In this document: piece by piece, positions 1 through 6,620 of the stretch | Numbering within the stretch: position 1 is the stretch's first letter | Layout: each line of letters begins with the position of its first letter | Source: an uncultured bacterium | GTDB lineage: Bacteria > Bacteroidota > Rhodothermia > Rhodothermales > CAZKDQ01 | DNA: 10,628 nt | Assembly: GCA_965652945.1 (NCBI GenBank) | Contig: CBFGXY010000035.1 | Span: forward strand, 1-10,628 | Direction: 5' to 3' | Translations under genes and position numbers: made by a program | Notes under the pieces: model-generated | Databases searched by the model: none | Told to the model about the DNA's origin: nothing | What the model saw: only the letters and a program-made list of their open reading frames with translations

Positions 1-10
1 TCTGCTTTCT

Positions 11-496
11 ATGCTTGGCGGGGATTCCGACGCCGATGCAGACTTCGATGCAGATATCGATCTGGACGGGGAAATCGGAGGCGCGGGATTTGTCGATCTC
101 CTGAGTGTCAGAACTCTGTTTTTATTCGCCGCATTCTTCGGCCTGACAGGTGTACTGATGGGGATGACGGATGCGGGGGAAACGTTTCGACTGATGGTCT
201 CCGTCCTGACGGGGCTCGTAACGGGGCTCGGCGGGAACTATGTAATTAAATCTGTCGCATCCCGTCACATTTCCAGTGATATCTCCGTAGACGACCTGAA
301 AGGTCAAACCGCACATGTCGTGATTCCATTTCAGTCTGCCGACCGCGGCCGGATATCGCTTGTGGCTCGGGGACACCGTGTAATGTTGACTGCTCGGTCT
401 CTGGATGAAGATACACTGGAGTCCTTTGAGCAAGGAGATGAGGTCGTCGTCGTAGGAATGCAGGGGAATGTGGCAGAGGTCGTAAAGCCGGAATAG
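11..496 (+). CDS. NfeD-like membrane protein, short YuaF/YqiJ-type partner of flotillin. It has an N-terminal acidic stretch, two predicted TM helices and a C-terminal OB-fold-like beta domain. The frame stays open to position 2, so the true start may lie upstream of the window.
   Basis: The ORF has hydrophobic helices LLSVRTLFLFAAFFGLTGVLMGM and FRLMVSVLTGLVTGLGG. Its C-terminal beta-rich segment (GQTAHVVIPF...GRISLVARGHRVMLTARSL...GDEVVVVGMQGNVAEVV) is typical of the NfeD C-terminal domain. A flotillin/SPFH gene follows 70 bp downstream on the same strand, which is the conserved NfeD-flotillin arrangement. Confidence 0.6.
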   Translation: MLGGDSDADADFDADIDLDGEIGGAGFVDLLSVRTLFLFAAFFGLTGVLMGMTDAGETFRLMVSVLTGLVTGLGGNYVIKSVASRHISSDISVDDLKGQTAHVVIPFQSADRGRISLVARGHRVMLTARSLDEDTLESFEQGDEVVVVGMQGNVAEVVKPE

Positions 497-566
497 CGGG
501 AGCGGGCGGCGAGCGCGCACAAGGTCCTGTTACCTGTGGACAGCATATAAATAGACGGTACTTGTC

Positions 567-1847
567 ATGGAAGCCATAATTATTGTCTCCGTTGTTCTTA
601 TAGCCGCATTTCTGGCCGTGCTGGGGATCATCCGGGCCAACCTGAAAATCTGCCAGCCAAACGAGGTCCTGATTTTTAGCGGTCGAAGCCGTGCCTTGCC
701 CGACGGCAGTCGCGTCGGATACAGGGTTCTCCGCGGTGGACGAGGTTTCCGGATCCCGTTGCTCGAGCGTGTCGATCGGCTCGCTCTCAACACGATCCCA
801 ATCGATCTCACCGTCACGAACGCATACTCGAAAGGCGGTATTCCGCTGAAAGTCCGTGCGATCGCCAACGTCAAAGTGGCTTCATCAGAGCCATCATTGA
901 ATAATGCAGTCGAGCGGCTGCTTGGCAAGAATCTGGAGGAAATCCAGACAATCGCGAAAGAGACGCTCGAGGGCAACCTGCGCGGCGTACTCGCCCTGCT
1001 TACACCGGAGGAGGTCAACGAAGACCGGCTCAAATTCGCCAAGGAACTCCTGCAGGAAGCCGATGACGATCTCAACGCGCTGGGCCTCCAGCTCGACACG
1101 CTCAAGATTCAGAGTGTCGAAGACGACCGGGGTTATCTCGATGCGATTGGACGGCAGCAGACCGCACATATCATATCGGCTGCAGAAATTGCGGAGGCCG
1201 AGAAGGAGGAAGCGGCAAGGCTGGCCCAGGCCCGCGCCGACAAGTCGATCGCCGAGGCAGAGAATGAGGTGAGGATCGTGCGTGCGCGCCTCGCGGCGGA
1301 GTCCGAAGCCGAAGAAGCGAAGGTCGCTGTCGCGGCGCTGGTTGCCGATGCACAGGCGCGGCAGGAGCTCGCTATCCAGGAGATCGAGCTGGCCGAAAAA
1401 CGCCAGCGGGCTGAAGTCGTGGTGGCTGCCGAAGCCGAACGGCACGCAAAAGAGGAAATCGCTCGCGGAAATGCTGCGCGCATCCTCGAAGACGGTCGTG
1501 CCGAAGTTGAGGTTTTGAAAGAAAAGCTGATGCTCTGGCAGCAGGCAGGTCCCGATGCCGAACGGCTGTTCCTCGTGCAAATGCTGCCGGATATCGTGAA
1601 AGAGGTAATCAAGACGGTCGATAATCTCAAAATCGATAAACTGACGGTGGTCGACAGCGGAAACGGAAGCGGCGTTCCTGCTGTGTTCAATCAAATCGCC
1701 GGTGCCACGCCCGCACTGCTGGAGAGCCTGAAAGCTTCAACGGGCGTGGACATCGCGGCGATGCTGCGCTCCGCTCACGACGACCGGCGGACGGATGTCC
1801 ATGTCGCAGGACGTGGAAAAGTGGGAGACGGCGCTTCGGAGGCATAA
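567..1847 (+). CDS. Flotillin-like SPFH/band-7 domain membrane scaffold protein (YuaG/FloT or YqiK-like)
   Basis: The 426-aa product starts at ATG with an N-terminal TM helix (IIIVSVVLIAAFLAVLGII) and an SPFH-like core. It has a long Glu/Ala-rich coiled-coil segment (AEAEKEEAARLAQARADKSIAEAENE...AEEAKVAVAAL...) characteristic of flotillins. It sits immediately downstream of the NfeD-like gene. Confidence 0.85.
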   Translation: MEAIIIVSVVLIAAFLAVLGIIRANLKICQPNEVLIFSGRSRALPDGSRVGYRVLRGGRGFRIPLLERVDRLALNTIPIDLTVTNAYSKGGIPLKVRAIANVKVASSEPSLNNAVERLLGKNLEEIQTIAKETLEGNLRGVLALLTPEEVNEDRLKFAKELLQEADDDLNALGLQLDTLKIQSVEDDRGYLDAIGRQQTAHIISAAEIAEAEKEEAARLAQARADKSIAEAENEVRIVRARLAAESEAEEAKVAVAALVADAQARQELAIQEIELAEKRQRAEVVVAAEAERHAKEEIARGNAARILEDGRAEVEVLKEKLMLWQQAGPDAERLFLVQMLPDIVKEVIKTVDNLKIDKLTVVDSGNGSGVPAVFNQIAGATPALLESLKASTGVDIAAMLRSAHDDRRTDVHVAGRGKVGDGASEA

Positions 1848-1849
1848 TC

Positions 1850-2437
1850 TCATGCATTGCCATCACAGCGCAGGACGCGTGTGGTGAGCACGGTATCGTC
1901 CGGATCGAGCACCAGCCATTCCCCATCGATTTCGACCAGTGGCTCGAGAGCCTCATAACGTAGCGTGATCTCGGACCGCCGATCACCACTAAACTCGATT
2001 GCAAGATTCTCAGACGACTCGCGCCGGGCCTTGACTCGTGCGCGCGGGCCAAATAGTGATGGATCGAGTAAGGCCATCACGTAGAGACAGTCGTTGCCGC
2101 GCTCGCGAATATCGCAGCGAGAGAATCGGTACAACACGTCTACTCCATAGGGAAGGGGAGCGGGCTGTGCCGAATCGACGTCGTCATCCATAATCTCAAT
2201 TGCAGTTATCCGTCCATTCAACTCAATCACGAAATGATAAAAAGACTCGCCCTGGGCAACGCGATATCGCAAACCGCTACGGATGTGGAGCGATCGCACC
2301 AGTGACCATGCAAATGCATCCTCTTCGGTGGTAGCATATGGCGGATCGTAGAACAACTGCGGCTCGCTGTACGATGGCACATCAGATCTCGAAATACGGC
2401 CCGCGATGGAAGGAAAAAGAGGAAGTGTTGCAGACAT
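1850..2437 (-). CDS. Hypothetical cytoplasmic protein of 195 aa with no recognisable domain
   Basis: This is the longest ORF filling the 700-bp gap. Its amino-acid composition is protein-like, and the ATG start has an AAGG about 10 nt upstream. It is convergent with the flotillin gene (stop codons 3 bp apart) and divergent from the 970-aa gene. No signal peptide, TM helix or known motif was recognised. Confidence 0.5.
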   Translation of the reverse strand: MSATLPLFPSIAGRISRSDVPSYSEPQLFYDPPYATTEEDAFAWSLVRSLHIRSGLRYRVAQGESFYHFVIELNGRITAIEIMDDDVDSAQPAPLPYGVDVLYRFSRCDIRERGNDCLYVMALLDPSLFGPRARVKARRESSENLAIEFSGDRRSEITLRYEALEPLVEIDGEWLVLDPDDTVLTTRVLRCDGNA

Positions 2438-2495
2438 GACAGATACCTTGCTGTTACGTGGTTTTCGTTGTTGTCTGCATGATAATCAGGCACGG

Positions 2496-2511
2496 TGACA
2501 GCTTACTGTCA
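2496..2511. promoter_or_regulatory. Perfect 16-bp palindrome TGACAGcttaCTGTCA in the divergent intergenic region (2438-2542); candidate operator for a dimeric regulator
   Basis: Read directly from the sequence, TGACAG (2496-2501) and CTGTCA (2506-2511) are exact reverse complements separated by 4 nt. The site lies between the start codons of the divergent genes at 2437 (-) and 2543 (+). A near-match to the Bacteroidetes -7 motif TAnnTTTG (TATTATTG, 2527-2534, followed by TTTG at 2535-2538) lies just upstream of the 2543 ATG. Confidence 0.25.
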
Positions 2512-2542
2512 TACCCCTCATAAAAATATTATTGTTTGATCG

Positions 2543-5455
2543 ATGCGGTTGTTACTGCTGCTATTAGCCGGCTTACTCATCCCTCATGAGACTGTAGAAG
2601 CTCAGGGTTTTCGGCTGTATTCGGATCGCAATCACCCTGAGATTACGTGGCTGACGGCCGACACCGATCATTTCAGGATCGTTTATCCTGAACACCTGGA
2701 AGGCATTGAAGGGGCGGCCGCCGCCATCGCCGAGGAATCCTACGAGATGCTGTCGGCGAATCTGGATGTGAAGTTCGACCGACCCATCCGTATTTATTTA
2801 ACGGACGAGGATGAGATCGCGAACGGTTTTGCCGTCCCCATCGGAAATGGATTCACCAATATCTGGGTCCATGTCAATGATGTGGCGGAGGCATGGACGG
2901 GGCGCGAGAAATGGCTGCGGAAGGTGATCGCGCACGAACTCGCCCATATCTTCCATTTCAGGGCCGTGCAGTCGAATATAGGAATGTGGCAGAACGTAGT
3001 GGCGAATCCGCTGCCGTCGTTCTGGACGGAAGGCCTGGCTCAGTATCTGACGGAGGAATGGGACGCCCTGCGAGGTGATATCTGGCTTCGCACGGCTGTA
3101 CTCGACGATCGACTGTCTTATTCCGATGGAAGGTCCGCCTGGAATGGCCGCCTGCGATATGCCGTCGGCAATTCGCAGGTACGATTTTTCGCTGAGCAGT
3201 ACGGCGACAGCACGCTCGCGTCTATGCTGCGCCACCGCCGATCCCGACTTTTTGGACTGGCAAAGGTGCACGACTTCGAGGCGGCCTTTCGCTCAGCTGC
3301 GGGGAAATCGTATCGCGAATTCTATGATGACTGGCGGCGGCATATCAACATCTACTACAATTCGATGGCGGGAAGCCTCGAGAATCCCGATTCTCTTGGA
3401 GTCGACCCGGAGAATGTGCCCGGCCAGTATGTGTACGACGTGTCTTATTCACCTGACACCTCGCACGCGGCCGTATTGTCACTCACATCACTCGAGAGGC
3501 CGATCCGGCGGCTCTACCATGTAAATGCAGCCGGCCATGTTCGGATGCTGGCAGAGGGCAGTCTGCGAGGACCCGTATCGTGGAGCCCCGATGGCCATCA
3601 GGTCGCGCTAACCCGGATGATGCGTGGTCCGAATGGAACGTTATTGAACGATATTGTAGTTGTGGATGTGGCGTCGCTAAGAGAGCGCCGTATCACACGT
3701 GGACGACGAACCGCCTCCCCTGTCTTCAATCCACGTTCCGGATCCCTTACGTTCATCGCGACGGATCGCGGGACCTCTAATGTGTACGAGCTCAATCCTG
3801 TCGATAACGTAGAAACGGCGCTAACGAGCTACGAAGGAGACATCCAGATAGGGAGTATTACCTGGGATCGAGACGGCGAACGCCTTGCGATTTCGATATT
3901 CGATTCGGAGGGAAACCGCGATATCCATGTGTATCATGCGCACGATGGTCGGATCGAGACGCTGATATCGTCGCCATACGATGACCGAGATCCGGTGTGG
4001 AGTCAGGACGGGCGTCAACTCGCATTCACGTCGATTCGAGGAGACGTCCCCAATGTGTATGTGCTTGATCTCGAGACCGACTCCGTTCGAAGTATAACCG
4101 CGCTTGCAACCGGAGCGAGAGTTCGGGACTGGCTGCCGCCGTCGGATGATTTCCCGGCCGGGAGGCTTGTCACGGTGAGCGGGATCAGCAAGTCCCAGGA
4201 TCGAGTCTTCGTAATCGATGCCTCACGAGATGCGGGAAGATTCAATCCGGTCGTACCGGAGGCATATGCCACATGGACGGCTCATCGACCGCCCCAGGAG
4301 CTCGCGTCCAGCATCGAGCCCGACTTCAGTCTTATCAAGAGTCGGGGGAGATATAACAGCTGGCGTAACATTACCCACGCTGCCAGTCTGGCACTTCCGT
4401 ATTACGCGGGACCTTCTTCATGGGGACTGTTCGGACTGACGAGCTTCGTAGAACCTCTCGGAAAACATTCGCTGGCTGGATTCGGGATATGGTCGATCGC
4501 AGATCCTGAAAATTACTGGTTTGCAGCAAGCTATATCAACAACCAGTGGCATCCCACGATCTCCGCTACTGCGTACCGAATCCCGGCAACGTTTCAAGTA
4601 TATGGAGACGAGATCCTGGCAGAGCGCCATTCCGGCGGTGAGGTAGTGCTGCGCCTGCCTTTGAGCTGGATGCAGCGACCCTATACATCGACCGACTTTC
4701 GTTTTCGAACCCGCTTGATTTCGTTCGAGCCACTTCACCTGGATGATGTCGGTTCTCCGGACGACATCGACGCGCCGATCAGCGGGGAGCAGTTTGATGT
4801 TCAGATCGAATGGATACGGCGCACGCTGAGACCATACCGCTACAACGTGATCCATCCACTCGACGGGAACGGAGTATTGCTGCGCGTCACGGCCGCGGCC
4901 CCGGTCCTCGGCACCGATATGGAGTACCTCGAGGGGGATGTAAGAGGATTTGCTGTGCTACCCGCGCCGGCCCGCCATCAGTTTTATATCTACGGCCGGG
5001 CACAGGCCCGCCTGGGCACCTCTCGTCCGCAGGATTACATCGGACTGAGCCGATATGATGATGTTTTGCTCTCGATGCCGGATTTGCTGATGCTCGAAAT
5101 CGGTGGAAGGGAACGGGTGCGCGGATACAACGAGCACCTGATCGGTGATCGGCTGCTCTTCGGGTCGGCAGAGTATCGAATACCGTTGCTGCCCGATTTG
5201 CAGACGCGAGTGCTGGGCCTTGTTTCGTTCGGCGCAACGTCGCTGGCGTTCTTTGCAGATGGAGCCGCCGTGCGCACGCCCGCGGCCGATGACTGGGAGT
5301 ACCGGCTCGGTGCAGGTGTTGAATTGAAAAATGCTCTTCGCCTCGCAGGACTGGAGATTGCGCATAGTGTGGGCGCAGCGCAACCTCACGATGCGCTGGG
5401 GCGCAACGAGCCGGTTGACGTGTACTACAGAATTCGAGCAGCGATACCGTTCTAA
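2543..5455 (+). CDS. Secreted multidomain protein with a signal peptide, an N-terminal HExxH gluzincin-like (Peptidase MA-like) domain, TolB/PD40-type beta-propeller repeats, and a C-terminal Omp85/D15-like beta-barrel ending in Phe
   Basis: The N-terminus MRLLLLLLAGLLIPHETVEA|QG is a signal-peptide-like sequence. HELAH (VIAHELAHIFH) is followed by WTEGLAQY, giving the HExxH...E zincin motif. PD40-like repeats recur (SWSPDGHQVALT, ITWDRDGERLAIS, VWSQDGRQLAFTS). The C-terminal 330 aa have alternating-hydrophobic beta-strand patterns and the terminal beta-signal YYRIRAAIPF. The first ATG follows an in-frame TGA three codons upstream. Confidence 0.8.
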   Translation: MRLLLLLLAGLLIPHETVEAQGFRLYSDRNHPEITWLTADTDHFRIVYPEHLEGIEGAAAAIAEESYEMLSANLDVKFDRPIRIYLTDEDEIANGFAVPIGNGFTNIWVHVNDVAEAWTGREKWLRKVIAHELAHIFHFRAVQSNIGMWQNVVANPLPSFWTEGLAQYLTEEWDALRGDIWLRTAVLDDRLSYSDGRSAWNGRLRYAVGNSQVRFFAEQYGDSTLASMLRHRRSRLFGLAKVHDFEAAFRSAAGKSYREFYDDWRRHINIYYNSMAGSLENPDSLGVDPENVPGQYVYDVSYSPDTSHAAVLSLTSLERPIRRLYHVNAAGHVRMLAEGSLRGPVSWSPDGHQVALTRMMRGPNGTLLNDIVVVDVASLRERRITRGRRTASPVFNPRSGSLTFIATDRGTSNVYELNPVDNVETALTSYEGDIQIGSITWDRDGERLAISIFDSEGNRDIHVYHAHDGRIETLISSPYDDRDPVWSQDGRQLAFTSIRGDVPNVYVLDLETDSVRSITALATGARVRDWLPPSDDFPAGRLVTVSGISKSQDRVFVIDASRDAGRFNPVVPEAYATWTAHRPPQELASSIEPDFSLIKSRGRYNSWRNITHAASLALPYYAGPSSWGLFGLTSFVEPLGKHSLAGFGIWSIADPENYWFAASYINNQWHPTISATAYRIPATFQVYGDEILAERHSGGEVVLRLPLSWMQRPYTSTDFRFRTRLISFEPLHLDDVGSPDDIDAPISGEQFDVQIEWIRRTLRPYRYNVIHPLDGNGVLLRVTAAAPVLGTDMEYLEGDVRGFAVLPAPARHQFYIYGRAQARLGTSRPQDYIGLSRYDDVLLSMPDLLMLEIGGRERVRGYNEHLIGDRLLFGSAEYRIPLLPDLQTRVLGLVSFGATSLAFFADGAAVRTPAADDWEYRLGAGVELKNALRLAGLEIAHSVGAAQPHDALGRNEPVDVYYRIRAAIPF

Positions 5456-5556
5456 GAAATCGGGCGCAGGTCAGTTTTGCGATGGGCATTCCAGGGGCCA
5501 TGCATCGCCCGCATCACGAATGCTCTCGTTCCTCAGCTTCGGAGGATTCCCTGAAT

Positions 5557-5595
5557 AAAAAAAGTCACGCCGGAATTCCCGGAGTGACCTTTTTT
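5557..5595. terminator. Bidirectional rho-independent terminator between the convergent 970-aa gene and the sigma-factor gene
   Basis: An A7 run (5557-5563) is followed by the GC-rich hairpin GTCACGCCGG-AATT-CCCGGAGTGAC (5564-5588) and a T6 run (5590-5595). It would function in both orientations. It lies 100 nt after the 2543-5455 stop and 22 nt after the sigma-factor stop. Confidence 0.6.
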
Positions 5596-5617
5596 AGTCG
5601 AAACGAACGTGCTCGAA

Positions 5618-6457
5618 CTACCCGATGTGCATCTGCAGCTCTTCGCGGCGATGTTTCTGGCGGAGTTTGCGGAGCGCTTTTTCCTTGATCTGCCGTACTC
5701 GCTCACGTGTCAGCCCAAATCTCTGCCCGATTTCCTCAAGGGTCAGCGGATGCTCGCGACCTATTCCAAAGTATAGACGCGTGATTTCCGCTTCTCGGGG
5801 ATGCAGCAGGCTCAATGCACGCTCGATATCAATCTTGAGCGACTCATCGAGGAGGGTTTCATCCGGCGAGATGTCCTCTTCGTCCGGCAGTACATCGAGG
5901 AGGCTGTTGTCATCGTCCTCGTTGAACGGCGCGTCCATCGACAGATGCCGGCCGGTGTGCTGCATTGCCTCGCGGACCTTTTCGACATCGATATCGAGTT
6001 CCTTTGCGAGCTCCTCGATATTGGGGGCACGGTCGTGATTTTGCGCAAGCCGGGCGCTCGTCTTGCGGATCTTCGAGATCGTGCCGATCCGGTTCAGCGG
6101 AAGTCGGACGACGCGGCTTTGTTCGGCCAGCGCCTGAAGAATTGCCTGACGGATCCACCAGACGGCGTACGAAATGAACTTGAAACCACGGGTTTCATCG
6201 AAGCGCTGAGCGGCTTTGATCAGCCCGTAGTTTCCTTCATTAATCAGGTCGGCGAGCGAAAGACCCTGTCCCTGATACTTCTTGGCAACCGACACAACGA
6301 AGCGCAGGTTGGCCCGGGTTAATTTGTGGAGTGCTTCCTGATCGCCCTGTTTGATGCGGCGAGCCAGGTCGACCTCTTCATGGGGCTTGAGCAGCGGTAT
6401 TTGTCCGATCTCCTGGAGATACTGGTCCAGCATCCGCTGCTGGCGTGGGACATACAT
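5618..6457 (-). CDS. rpoD: RNA polymerase primary sigma factor, sigma-70 family, of the short Bacteroidetes type that lacks region 1.1
   Basis: The 279-aa product has canonical region 2 ([56 protein letters not shown]), region 3 and region 4.2 ([29 protein letters not shown]). Its length and N-terminus (…[14 protein letters not shown]) match the 32-kDa SigA of Bacteroidetes-group bacteria. Confidence 0.85.
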   Translation of the reverse strand: MYVPRQQRMLDQYLQEIGQIPLLKPHEEVDLARRIKQGDQEALHKLTRANLRFVVSVAKKYQGQGLSLADLINEGNYGLIKAAQRFDETRGFKFISYAVWWIRQAILQALAEQSRVVRLPLNRIGTISKIRKTSARLAQNHDRAPNIEELAKELDIDVEKVREAMQHTGRHLSMDAPFNEDDDNSLLDVLPDEEDISPDETLLDESLKIDIERALSLLHPREAEITRLYFGIGREHPLTLEEIGQRFGLTRERVRQIKEKALRKLRQKHRREELQMHIG

Positions 6458-6620
6458 AGGCCTTGCAAGAGTTAAGTGTTCGTAGCGATCTATCTGTAGG
6501 CGATCGTTCTAATTCGACAATGATGGGCCGGGGTGTCGCATCTGACGTATTTTTTCGGACGGCGTTCCTCCACGCGTGCTGCTGGAGGTTGTTCCGGCTA
6601 ATTTTTTATTTCAATTGACG

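Noticed and set aside
122-520. 132-aa minus-strand ORF over the NfeD-like gene
   Set aside because: It lies antisense to a frame with clear TM helices and an OB-fold pattern, and has no independent support.
894-1694. Long minus-strand ORFs (266 aa and 185 aa) and a 122-aa plus-strand out-of-frame ORF inside the flotillin gene
   Set aside because: They lie antisense or out of frame to a well-supported SPFH/flotillin CDS. The GC-rich, Glu/Ala codon-repeat region (GAG/GCC/GCG) naturally lacks stops in other frames. The translations are low-complexity Ser/Arg/Ala strings.
1687-2052. 121-aa minus-strand ORF overlapping both the flotillin 3' end and the 195-aa ORF in a different frame
   Set aside because: It is shorter than the alternative 1850-2437 frame and overlaps a confident CDS. 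It has an Arg/Ser/Pro-rich composition typical of spurious GC-rich frames.
4887-5501. 204-aa and 143-aa minus-strand ORFs and several 60-85-aa ORFs inside 2543-5455
   Set aside because: They are antisense or out of frame to the large multidomain CDS. They have no start context and an Arg/Pro/Ala-rich spurious composition.
6567-6588. Hairpin CCTCCA-N10-TGGAGG as an intrinsic terminator
   Set aside because: The stem is only 6 bp with a 10-nt loop. The T-run on the plus strand is 13 nt away. No plus-strand gene ends here. In the minus orientation, which is the one transcribed, it is followed by A-rich sequence, not U-rich.
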